A stretch of DNA of 52,766 nt from Verrucomicrobiia bacterium (GCA_035489575.1 DATHJY010000006.1:1-52766); one strand, 5' to 3'. Shown: positions 1-7,652, counted from the stretch's first letter. Notes: generated by a model not told the origin, from the sequence alone. Numbers and translations: made by a program.

Positions 1-460
1 TGGCAGCTTGCGGAACTTGTCCTGTCTTTGTTATTGATTTCAAACGAAATACAGGACTGCACACAGTCCTCGCTGCGCAGGTAGCAGAACCTTCCCTGTC
101 TAATCTGTTTACCCAAAGCCAGCCTGGGCCCACAGATGCAAGTCGGCCCGAGGTCTTACTCTTCAAATCCTACAATACCCGCCAGGAAAGCTCGGGCGGT
201 TTGTATTGTCTTTAGGCGGATCAGGCTTTAGAGAAACAGATTGGACGCCTGATAGCTTGATACCCGCGGTCCGAGGACTGTTTGAGCCCCAGCTTGCTGG
301 GGTGAGTTCCGAGATCGTGGCCTTTTCTGCAGCGCAGCAGGCTGAGCCTGCTGGCAGGCAGAAAAGAGACCATGTCAGGAGCCGGATAGCAAGCTGTCAG
401 GTGGTCAGTCTTGTTTCTATAACCGCCTGTCTGACAAAGACAGTACAAGTACTTATAGGA
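1..460. ncRNA. Large structured RNA candidate, copy R1, cut by the window start; homolog of 8615-9066
   Basis: Conserved blocks occur in the same order as in 8615-9066. These are tgcggaacttgYcctg (9-24 vs 8706-8721), cagtcctcg (64-72 vs 8759-8767), caggctttag (222-231 vs 8885-8894), caggagccgga (376-386 vs 8972-8982) and taaccgcctgt (420-430 vs 9016-9026). The cagtcctcg block pairs with cgaggact (272-279 vs 8935-8942). Only short ORFs with no recognisable protein features overlap it. The strand is undetermined. Confidence 0.5.
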
Positions 461-463
461 TAG

Positions 464-531
464 ACACTTTTCGTCCTTTTGGACTCGTCAGTTCTGCTTT
501 TGCCACTAGTGTGGCACATCAGAAGAAGTGT
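464..531 (-). ncRNA. Type III hammerhead ribozyme (HHR-1)
   Basis: The minus strand reads ACACTT C TTCTG [23-nt loop with GCCAC/GTGGC hairpin] CAGAA CTGACGA GTCC-AAAA-GGAC GAA AAGTGT. The parts are stem III 5' strand, C17 cleavage site, closed stem I, CUGANGA core, closed stem II, GAA core and stem III 3' strand. The core is identical to the copy at 48103-48156, and stem III differs by a compensatory change. Confidence 0.8.
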
Positions 532-659
532 GCGCGTTCGTGAAGTGGGAGTTGGTTGTCGGGGGTTGGAAGATCCAACTGCGACCACTTCACGGCCTGA
601 CTGTATGCGCGGGGGGGGTAGTCAGGTCTTGACCAGAGTCGATGTCTGCGGGGTGCAGA

Positions 660-1154
660 CTAGGCGGGGATGTCCGGGGTGGTGGCCATGGTGGCGGTCT
701 GGCTGCGGGCCTCGGCGTTGGCCTGCTGTACGGTGGGGGTCCACCCGATGGCCTCGAGGGTCATGCCGATGTAGAAGCCCAGCCACAGCACGCCCATGCG
801 GGTGAGGTCGAGCACGTAGTGCAGGTGACCGTTCTTGTCGATGACGTAGTTGGCGGCCGTGCACTCCATCACGATGGTGATGGCGAGCAGGAGGAGGCCG
901 GCGATGATCGCCGTGAGGAACAGCGTGCCCCAGCCCTTGTACCAGTCGGAGGCACGGTTGAGCTGGATGCCGTCCTTGATGGACAGCTTGGCCGCGACGA
1001 CGCCGCTGAAGGTCGTCACGATGGCGATGCTGGACAGGACGAGGTCGCTGGTGAACTGCGTCGGCAGGAAGACGCCGGCGACGATGGCCGCGACGAGCAG
1101 GACCGCGTGGAGGGGGGTGAAGATGGTGCGAAAGATCTGGAGGAAGTGGGGCAT
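660..1154 (-). CDS. GC-rich hypothetical integral membrane protein, about 4 TM helices; distant paralog of 48282..48845
   Basis: ORF 660..1262 was trimmed to the ATG at 1152-1154 (MPHFLQIF...). It has four hydrophobic segments and GC-rich third codon positions. It shares HYV..D and GFY(I/V)G motifs and the same topology with the 48282..48845 product. Confidence 0.7.
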   Translation of the reverse strand: MPHFLQIFRTIFTPLHAVLLVAAIVAGVFLPTQFTSDLVLSSIAIVTTFSGVVAAKLSIKDGIQLNRASDWYKGWGTLFLTAIIAGLLLLAITIVMECTAANYVIDKNGHLHYVLDLTRMGVLWLGFYIGMTLEAIGWTPTVQQANAEARSQTATMATTPDIPA

Positions 1155-1217
1155 GGATCCGCCTTTGACTCTGATTCCCTTGGAAGGGGCATGCGAGAGG
1201 ATTCTCACAATAAATAC

Positions 1218-1226
1218 ATTATAACA
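1218..1226 (-). promoter_or_regulatory. Extended -10 promoter element TGtTATAAT for the 660..1154 gene
   Basis: The minus strand reads TGTTATAAT in an AT-rich spacer about 60 nt upstream of the ATG. An identical 9-mer sits at the equivalent position upstream of the paralog (48918-48926). Confidence 0.45.
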
Positions 1227-1281
1227 CAAAGACTGATAAAAAGCAATACTTATGACAGTCAAGAAACAGAGGTGGGATGTA

Positions 1282-1310
1282 TTGACTTTCTGGTATTTTT
1301 ATAGTATAAT
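1282..1310 (+). promoter_or_regulatory. Near-consensus sigma70-type promoter (TTGACT, 17-nt spacer, TATAAT)
   Basis: TTGACT lies at 1282-1287 and TATAAT at 1305-1310, separated by a 17-nt spacer. The element is 45 nt upstream of the ATG at 1355, in an AT-rich spacer between two divergent GC-rich genes. Confidence 0.6.
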
Positions 1311-1354
1311 CCCGCTCAGTCTGTATCGGAAGAACTTTCCAAGATTGGAGTGGT

Positions 1355-1840
1355 ATGACCATCTCTACCCAACCACGTCGACGGCTGCGGCCCATCGTGC
1401 TCGGCGCCCTACTGATATGCCTCGTGGCAGTCACTGGCGCTTGTGTGACGACCGGACCGTCCGAAGAGGCCACCGCCAAGGAGGAAGCCCGACAGGTTGC
1501 TCAAGAGGCAGCCCAGAGCAAGCTCGAAGCCCGTGGCTTCACGGTCGTGGAGATCTATAGCTTCGGCTATGACGACGAGACCGACTTCTCTCGGGGCACC
1601 TTCGTGACTCGTATCGATGACTGCGGGGTCGATTTAGACTTCGAGATCACCGGTGGCGAGCAGCTGGACATCTTCGTGTGGCGCGAGCCGCTGGAGTTGG
1701 AGGACGGCCAGTTCTTCGGCTATGAGCGCGAAAGGCGGTTCTTCGACAGCGAAGACGAGTACCGTGACCTTCGTGGTCTTGCCTGCTCGTCGCCCACCAC
1801 TGCCGACGCCATCGACATCGTCATTCCCTCGAGTCCCTGA
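1355..1840 (+). CDS. GC-rich hypothetical lipoprotein or secreted protein
   Basis: The N-terminus is MTISTQPRRRLRPIVLGALLICLVAVTGAC. It has a basic n-region, a hydrophobic core and a lipobox-like TGAC. The mature part is acidic, and GC3 is high. Confidence 0.7.
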   Translation: MTISTQPRRRLRPIVLGALLICLVAVTGACVTTGPSEEATAKEEARQVAQEAAQSKLEARGFTVVEIYSFGYDDETDFSRGTFVTRIDDCGVDLDFEITGGEQLDIFVWREPLELEDGQFFGYERERRFFDSEDEYRDLRGLACSSPTTADAIDIVIPSSP

Positions 1841-1856
1841 CCGACACAGAACCACC

Positions 1857-1920
1857 GAGCTGTACGTTTCCTGTGCCTTCCGAAAGGAAGGATCAACACC
1901 AAACAGGAAACGTACAGCTC
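1857..1920 (+). terminator. Long perfect hairpin downstream of the 1355..1840 gene
   Basis: An 18-bp perfect stem forms between gagctgtacgtttcctgt (1857-1874) and acaggaaacgtacagctc (1903-1920). The loop contains a nested ccttcc/ggaagg hairpin. No clean U-tract follows directly. Confidence 0.5.
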
Positions 1921-2065
1921 ATCACTAAGCTTTTATGCTCTCCCCAGTTGAAGATTTTTTATAAAAATGTTATTATAAGCTATTCATAGACACCTGATAC
2001 TACCCGTTCTTTTATCGTGGAAGTGACCAGAATGAAACACAAGAAGCGTATATAATTCTAAGAGT

Positions 2066-3340
2066 ATGTTTGTAGATAAAGTACAAGTTTTGGTCAAGGC
2101 CGGCGACGGCGGCAATGGTGCCGTTAGTTTTCGTCATGAGAAATTTATAGACAGAGGCGGCCCAGATGGCGGCGATGGCGGCGATGGCGGCGACATTATC
2201 TTTCAGGCCAGCCAAAGCGAAAATACCCTGGCTACCTTTCGGTTCCAAAAGCGGCTGGTTGCCGCAGATGGCCAACCCGGGCTCAAGACTAAAAAGCACG
2301 GCAGAAACGGCCAAGATATGACGGTCAGGGTGCCAGTAGGTACCGTGGTGACAGATACGGAAGGCAAGGTGCTAGCCGACCTAGTCCAAGAAGGCTACGA
2401 AGTGATTATTGCCGAGGGCGGCAAGGGCGGTTTTGGCAATGCTCACTTTGTTAGCAGTACGCGCCAGGCCCCGCGCATGGCCGAAAAAGGCGAAAAGGGT
2501 GACGATAGAGAGCTGACCCTAGAACTCAAGATGATCGCCGATGTCGGCCTGGTGGGTTTGCCAAACGCCGGCAAATCTACGCTACTGAGCGTTATTAGCA
2601 ATGCCAGGCCAGAGATTGCTAATTACCCCTTTACTACCCTCCGACCCAACCTGGGTGTGGTAGATGTGCATGACACTGCCCTTTTGTTTGCCGATATTCC
2701 GGGTCTCATAGAGGGTGCCAGCCAAGGCAAGGGGCTAGGGGATGAGTTCTTGCGCCACATAGAGCGTACGCTGGTACTGGTGCACATGATAGATGCCTAC
2801 CAAGACGATGTGACTGTTGCATACAAAACAATCCAAGACGAGCTAAAGGCTTACAAAATAGATCTCACCAAGCGTCCCCAGATAGTCGTGCTCAACAAGG
2901 TAGAAGGGCTGGACGACGACATCGTGGCTTCACTGCTGGCTGATCTGAAGGCCGTAACACCCCGGGGGGCTAAGCTGCTGGCTATTTCGGCACAGACCAA
3001 AGCAGGCGTAAAAGAGTTGCTGCTGGCAGTCAAAGACAAAGTAGCCAAAGAGCACGCTAAACAAGCCAAAAAACAAGAGGTAACTGACACGGCCATGCCG
3101 ATCCTACGACTCAAAAATACCGAGGACGCCTGGAAGGTAGAGAAGCTTGCTGGCGGCGGCTTCCGGGTTTCTGGCCGCAAGATAGAGCGCTTTGCTATGC
3201 GCACTGATTTTGAAAACTTTCACGCCACTCAGCGTCTGCGGGACATTATGAAAAAAATGGGCATCATGCACGAGCTCAGACGCCAAGGCCTGGAGACCGG
3301 CCACAAAATATTTATTGGACAAGACAACCTAGAGTACTAA
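2066..3340 (+). CDS. obg: GTPase Obg/CgtA
   Basis: The N-terminal Obg fold is present (FVDKVQVLVKAGDGGNGAVSFRHEKF..GGPDGGDGGDGG). The G-domain has GLPNAGKST and DIPGLIEGA. A C-terminal OCT/TGS-like extension is also present. Confidence 0.95.
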   Translation: MFVDKVQVLVKAGDGGNGAVSFRHEKFIDRGGPDGGDGGDGGDIIFQASQSENTLATFRFQKRLVAADGQPGLKTKKHGRNGQDMTVRVPVGTVVTDTEGKVLADLVQEGYEVIIAEGGKGGFGNAHFVSSTRQAPRMAEKGEKGDDRELTLELKMIADVGLVGLPNAGKSTLLSVISNARPEIANYPFTTLRPNLGVVDVHDTALLFADIPGLIEGASQGKGLGDEFLRHIERTLVLVHMIDAYQDDVTVAYKTIQDELKAYKIDLTKRPQIVVLNKVEGLDDDIVASLLADLKAVTPRGAKLLAISAQTKAGVKELLLAVKDKVAKEHAKQAKKQEVTDTAMPILRLKNTEDAWKVEKLAGGGFRVSGRKIERFAMRTDFENFHATQRLRDIMKKMGIMHELRRQGLETGHKIFIGQDNLEY

Positions 3341-3424
3341 AAGGCTTCCTAATCTGTTGTGACAGAGTTCACGCTTATGCTAAAGTAGTGATAAGTATAA
3401 AAAACATCAGCGAAAGGTCAGGCT

Positions 3425-3949
3425 ATGACGGCCAAGGGCACCAAAAAAGTACCTGCAAAGTCATCGAATAAGGGTAAACAAGTGAAGAAGGCAAGCAAGT
3501 TACCGGGGTTTTTCAGTCTAAGTAATAAAAAATTCATACTCTTGACGGTTTTTATCGTTGGCTTTGTGGTTGCGGGGTCGTACTGGCTTTATCAGAGTAG
3601 TTCTGCCAGAGTCGCCAAAGACGACAGTACGGTACAGGGGTGCGAGGCTCTAGGTGTTGTGCTCAAGCAGGGCTCTAAAGGTTCATGCGTGAAAGCTGTA
3701 CAAAAAGTTCTAAATAGTGCTAAAACCAAATATGGCAGTACGGCGCATTGGGGCTATTTAACCGAGGATGGAGTCTATGGCCCTGCTACTGCTTTGACGG
3801 TGGCTGCATACCAGAAGCGTGTCAATAGTTCTCCCTTTTTTCCAGATAGACGGCCCATTGATGTAGATGGGTCGGTGGGACCACAGACATGGTTCTGGTT
3901 CCGGCAGATTACTTGTGTCGATGTCAATACGCCTGCCTGCGGGGATTAA
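3425..3949 (+). CDS. Membrane-anchored peptidoglycan-binding-domain protein
   Basis: It has a basic N-terminus, one TM segment and a PG_binding_1-like repeat (VKAVQKVLN...DGVYGPATALTVAAYQ...VDGSVGPQTW). It is a tandem paralog of 3996..4520. Confidence 0.7.
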   Translation: MTAKGTKKVPAKSSNKGKQVKKASKLPGFFSLSNKKFILLTVFIVGFVVAGSYWLYQSSSARVAKDDSTVQGCEALGVVLKQGSKGSCVKAVQKVLNSAKTKYGSTAHWGYLTEDGVYGPATALTVAAYQKRVNSSPFFPDRRPIDVDGSVGPQTWFWFRQITCVDVNTPACGD

Positions 3950-3995
3950 TGATGTCGCTCGTATAGCAATATGTAAATAACAAAGGGGACAGACA

Positions 3996-4520
3996 ATGGC
4001 AGCCCGTGGTACCAAAACAGCATCCGTAAGATCAACAGCGAAAGGCAAGCAAGTGAAGAAGGCAAGCAAGCTACCGGGTTTTCTCAGTTTGAAAAACCAA
4101 AAATTTGTTATGTTACTGGTTTTTGTGGTTGGCTTTGGAGCGGCTGGATCGTACTGGCTCTTCCAGTCTAGTTCTGCTGCACCCGCCAAGCCTGGCTTTG
4201 ATCTCACTAAAGCCTGGGGGTGTAAGGGTACGGATGCCACACTTCGGGCGGCGCCCGGTGGCAAGGTCGGTTCTGAGGGCTCGTGCGCCAAAGCTGCGCA
4301 GAGTATAGTGAATGGTGCGAATCGTCTGTATCCCAATAGTAACTGGTCTATAATAGGAGAAGACGGTAAGTACGGGGGGCAGACGGCCGCCGCTGTGAGT
4401 GCTTATCAGGGATACATGAGAATTTCGGCAGATGGCGTTGTTGGCCCAGTCACCTGGGAAAAAATGCTCGATACGTGTGAGTATTTGCGTCGGCGGGATA
4501 TAGCTCCTTCCGGATGCTAG
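3996..4520 (+). CDS. Membrane-anchored peptidoglycan-binding-domain protein, tandem paralog
   Basis: It has the same length and architecture as 3425..3949. The N-terminus AKGKQVKKASKLPGF is conserved, and the domain motif is DGKYGGQTAAAVSAYQ...ADGVVGPVTW. Confidence 0.7.
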   Translation: MAARGTKTASVRSTAKGKQVKKASKLPGFLSLKNQKFVMLLVFVVGFGAAGSYWLFQSSSAAPAKPGFDLTKAWGCKGTDATLRAAPGGKVGSEGSCAKAAQSIVNGANRLYPNSNWSIIGEDGKYGGQTAAAVSAYQGYMRISADGVVGPVTWEKMLDTCEYLRRRDIAPSGC

Positions 4521-4577
4521 CGTAGTGCCAGGGTCGCCTGGCGCCCTCCTGGGCTAGAAAGGTTTAAGATAAAATAC

Positions 4578-5501
4578 GTGGATCTAGCGAAAATCAAGCG
4601 TGTGGTGCTGTGGGTGGCCGTCTTGGTCGGGTTTTTGGGGTTTGGCCAAAGCGCCTCTGCTGCAACCGGGACAATATACCTAGCCCCGGCGATCACTAAT
4701 CTGACAAATGGTGCAGAAGTATCAATGGCTCTGCGTATCAATCCGGGTGTGGACGTAAACGGCGTACAGGCCGAGATTACCTATGATGGTTCAAAGCTTC
4801 AGCTGGTCTCTGCCAGCGACGCTGGCAGTGCCTTTCCGGAAATAGCAGAACAGAACGTAGCGGCCAATCCTATATCGCTCACCCGAACTACTTCGGGGAA
4901 TACGGTGAACGTAGACTCACTTATTATCACGCTTCGCTTCAAGGCAGTGGCGGCCAGTGGCAGTACCACGATATCTCTCACGGGCAACGCTGCCCAAGGC
5001 ACGACAGTTACCAGTCCTGGGGTGCAGGGAGCAACCGTTACTTTTAGCTCTTCTAGCTCGCCGGCCCCACCAAGCTCACCCACTCCACCTACACCGTCTG
5101 GCGGTAGTAGCACGAGGCAACAGAACCAAAGTACTCCGCAGCCAGAAGATGTACCAGATGTGCCCGGAGCGGTCAATCAGCTGCCCGGAGTTGACCAGCT
5201 AACAAACGACCCCCAGCCTCTAACAGTACCCGACCCACGGGTATCGCACCGTATCTGGTGGCTCTTTGGCGTACTTGGCGTCATCGTTGTGCTGGGCGGT
5301 GCTTACTGGCTGATTCGTCGCCACCGATCTACACCGGCAGAGCTGGCTGCCGACCATCCCATTGATCGTACCTGGGCTACTCCGCCTGTCCACACGGAAG
5401 AAGACGAAGAAACCGACGAGCTGCTGAGCCATATCCCCGGCACGGCCAAGCCAGACCCTGGCAGTATCATTACGCCCAAGGCACCCCCCGAAAAAAAGTA
5501 A
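4578..5501 (+). CDS. Cohesin-like domain surface protein with Pro/Ser/Thr linker and C-terminal TM anchor
   Basis: The start codon is GTG and a signal peptide is present. The segment GTIYLAPA..GAEVSMALRINPGVDVNGVQAEITYDGSKLQLVS resembles cohesin domains. It is followed by a PS-rich linker and a TM segment (WWLFGVLGVIVVLGGAYWLI). Confidence 0.55.
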   Translation: MDLAKIKRVVLWVAVLVGFLGFGQSASAATGTIYLAPAITNLTNGAEVSMALRINPGVDVNGVQAEITYDGSKLQLVSASDAGSAFPEIAEQNVAANPISLTRTTSGNTVNVDSLIITLRFKAVAASGSTTISLTGNAAQGTTVTSPGVQGATVTFSSSSSPAPPSSPTPPTPSGGSSTRQQNQSTPQPEDVPDVPGAVNQLPGVDQLTNDPQPLTVPDPRVSHRIWWLFGVLGVIVVLGGAYWLIRRHRSTPAELAADHPIDRTWATPPVHTEEDEETDELLSHIPGTAKPDPGSIITPKAPPEKK

Positions 5502-5508
5502 CCTGCTT

Positions 5509-5537
5509 TTGATTAAGATTGCTATTTATGGTATAAA
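5509..5537 (+). promoter_or_regulatory. Sigma70-type promoter (TTGATT, 17-nt spacer, TATAAA)
   Basis: TTGATT lies at 5509-5514 and TATAAA at 5532-5537 with a 17-nt spacer. It is about 100 nt upstream of the GTG at 5638. Confidence 0.5.
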
Positions 5538-5637
5538 TAATTTGTTATCTCTTGAGGTAGCCTGTGTGATTGCGCACAGAAATTGACAACAAGGAAGAAG
5601 CAAGCAACAGGCTAGACACCAAAAAAGGAGGGGTCTA

Positions 5638-5922
5638 GTGGAGCTTACGTGGAAGCAGACTATCGCGCTTGTATCGCTCGCCGGCATTGCCTATTACTGT
5701 CGGAGCCAGATACCGGGCATCGCCGCGTTTTGTTACGACTGGCGATGGGCGTTCGTGTTCGGTTTGGCCGGTTCGGTGATTGCACTGACTCTGGGTTTCA
5801 TTGTGTTGCTCATGGTCATGCCACCGGAAGGAGAACATACCAATACCGGACCTCCGAAAGGGTACGTCTACCGACCCCCGCCTGACGAAGACGAAGGCGA
5901 AGACATCTCCTGGATGCTCTGA
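5638..5922 (+). CDS. Small hypothetical membrane protein (94 aa) with moderately elevated GC
   Basis: The GTG start is preceded by AGGAGG. It has two to three hydrophobic segments and an acidic C-terminus. A structured 3' UTR and a hammerhead ribozyme follow on the same strand. Confidence 0.6.
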   Translation: MELTWKQTIALVSLAGIAYYCRSQIPGIAAFCYDWRWAFVFGLAGSVIALTLGFIVLLMVMPPEGEHTNTGPPKGYVYRPPPDEDEGEDISWML

Positions 5923-5947
5923 CACGAATGCGGGTATCAGAATCTGT

Positions 5948-6087
5948 TCAAGGTCTCTGTTGTTCTAAAATGCTCCTCCGGGTGCCCGTTCGCCCTGATC
6001 CACCAATCGCACCGCAGGTGTGCTTGGCGAACCAGTCCGAATTATCACTTGAAGTGGTACATTTTGCCAACAAAGACGAGACCTTGA
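5948..6087 (+). ncRNA. Stem-closed structured 3' UTR element (S/E motif, copy 1)
   Basis: A closing helix forms between tcaaggtctc (5948-5957) and gagaccttga (6078-6087). The internal 32-mer at 6027-6058 matches 34590-34621 at 25 of 32 positions by hand count. The blocks tccggGtg and cgccctg are shared. A variable hairpin (gcacc/gtgtgc here, cgtaac/gttacg in copy 2) occupies the same position. Confidence 0.5.
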
Positions 6088-6122
6088 GCAGGTTCTCTGC
6101 CCCCTTATTCTTCCTTGTCGTC

Positions 6123-6189
6123 TCTCGATTCCATAACTGATAGTTATGCTGATGAGTCCTCCCTGGTTTGTGCAGGACGAAAATCGAGA
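6123..6189 (+). ncRNA. Type III hammerhead ribozyme (HHR-2)
   Basis: The plus strand reads TCTCGATT(6123-6130) C(6131) CATAACT-GAT-AGTTATG(6132-6148) CTGATGA(6149-6155) GTCCT-[13-nt loop]-AGGAC(6156-6178) GAA(6179-6181) AATCGAGA(6182-6189). All invariant core positions are present. Stems I and II are loop-closed and stem III is open. Confidence 0.85.
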
Positions 6190-6206
6190 AGTGATAGACT
6201 GGTGTA

Positions 6207-7652
6207 ATGAGCTCTTCGACTTTTCTGTTCTATGACTTAGAGACTTCGGGTGTTAGCGCCCGGGATGCGCGCATTATGCAGTTTGCTGGCCAGCGGACAG
6301 ACCTGCAGCTCAATCCCGTGGGTGAGCCGTTTAACTATTTGGTTCGCCTGAGCGACGATGTCCTGCCCGAGCCGGACGCCATTCTGATTACGGGCATCAC
6401 GCCCCAAAAAACCTTGGCCGAGGGAATGCACGAAGCTGAATTCTTAAAGATATTCCATCACGATATTGCCGCTCCAGGCACTATCTTTGTGGGCTTTAAT
6501 ACCGTACGGTTCGACGATGAGTTTATGCGCTACACTATGTATCGCAACTTTTATGACCCTTACGAATGGCAGTGGCAAAATGGCCGGTCACGTTGGGATA
6601 TCTTGGACGTAGTACGCATGACACGTGCCCTGAGGCCGCAGGGAATACAGTGGCCGTTTGACCCCAAGGGCAAGCCAACCAACCGACTAGAGTTGCTGAC
6701 CAAGCTGAATAAGCTGGATCACAGTCATGCTCATGACGCGCTCAATGACGTCCTGGCTACCATTGCGGTTGCTAAGATGATCCGCGACAAACAGCCCAAG
6801 CTATTTGATTTCTTGCTACAGATGCGCGACAAAAAAGAGGTGGCCAAGCTGGTCCAGGGTGGGCAGCCGTTTGTGTACAGCTCTGGCAAATACCCCAGCG
6901 AGTTCGAAAAAACTACTGTGGTTGGCAAGCTGGCTGACCATCCCCAGGCCCAGTCGGCCCTTGTCTTTGACCTGCGACACGATCCAGAGCCTTTCCTAAA
7001 ACTCAATCCCAATGAATTGGCCGAGGCCATGCGCTGGAGTCGCGACGAAAATGCCATCCGACTGCCGGTCAAGACCATCAAATTCAACCGTTGTCCGGCC
7101 ATAGCGCCCCTGGGAGTGCTCGATGCCGATAGCCAACAGCGGCTCAAGTTGGATCCGGCTGTCTATATGGCCAACTTCAAAAAACTGCAGGCTGCCCAGG
7201 AGCGCCTGAGTACCGGCGTATTGCAGGCGTTGGAGTTACTCGACAAGAAGATGCAAGCTCGCTTGCTGCAGGATGAGGCCGACGTAGATACTCGTTTGTA
7301 CGACGGCTTTTTTGACACCCAGGACAAGCTAAAGATGAGCACCGTGCGGGCTGCCACTGCCGAAGAGCTGGGTGGCTTAGACCTGACCTTTAAAGACGAT
7401 CGCCTGGAGGCACTGCTGCCACTGTATAAAGCCCGGAATCACCCCAAGTCACTGACCGCCGAAGAGCGGGCACTATGGGAAACGTTTCGGGAACGCAAGC
7501 TACTGGGCGGTGGCGACCAAAGCCGGGCCGCCAAGTTCTTTAACCGGCTGAGCGAGTTGTCGCAGCGCACCGACCTGACTGGCGAGCAGAAATATCTGCT
7601 GGAAGAGCTGCAATTATACGGCCAAGGTATACTGCCCGTTACTGAGCAATAG
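6207..7652 (+). CDS. sbcB: Exodeoxyribonuclease I
   Basis: There is strong similarity to E. coli ExoI along the full length. Matching segments include FLFYDLETSG, ILITGITPQ, FNTVRFDDEF..YRNFYDPYEWQW..SRWDILDV and HDALNDVLATIAVAK. Confidence 0.9.
   Translation: MSSSTFLFYDLETSGVSARDARIMQFAGQRTDLQLNPVGEPFNYLVRLSDDVLPEPDAILITGITPQKTLAEGMHEAEFLKIFHHDIAAPGTIFVGFNTVRFDDEFMRYTMYRNFYDPYEWQWQNGRSRWDILDVVRMTRALRPQGIQWPFDPKGKPTNRLELLTKLNKLDHSHAHDALNDVLATIAVAKMIRDKQPKLFDFLLQMRDKKEVAKLVQGGQPFVYSSGKYPSEFEKTTVVGKLADHPQAQSALVFDLRHDPEPFLKLNPNELAEAMRWSRDENAIRLPVKTIKFNRCPAIAPLGVLDADSQQRLKLDPAVYMANFKKLQAAQERLSTGVLQALELLDKKMQARLLQDEADVDTRLYDGFFDTQDKLKMSTVRAATAEELGGLDLTFKDDRLEALLPLYKARNHPKSLTAEERALWETFRERKLLGGGDQSRAAKFFNRLSELSQRTDLTGEQKYLLEELQLYGQGILPVTEQ

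Noticed and set aside
206-463. Short ORFs inside R1 and R2 (206..463, 221..448, 8606..8821, 8625..8894).
   Set aside because: The two homologous copies keep RNA-helix complementarity but do not share a common reading frame. No start context or protein-like features are present.
1155-1160. A GGATCC (BamHI) site abutting the start codon of the 660..1154 gene, as a possible cloning scar.
   Set aside because: It is a single hexamer with no vector-like sequence nearby. The paralogous locus has no such site. It is most likely coincidence.
642-1304. Long ORFs on the opposite strand or in alternative frames inside the GC-rich blocks. Examples are 642..1304(+), 850..1224(+), 15122..15946(-), 33531..34472(-), 33655..34191(+), 33986..34492(+) and 48360..48842(+).
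   Set aside because: High-GC DNA is poor in stop codons, so it produces spurious long ORFs. In each block only one frame has a plausible start, an RBS, signal or TM features, and a promoter/terminator context.
5928-6140. A 70-aa ORF between the small membrane-protein gene and sbcB.
   Set aside because: It overlaps the conserved S/E structured element and runs into the hammerhead. It has no RBS, and its composition looks non-coding.
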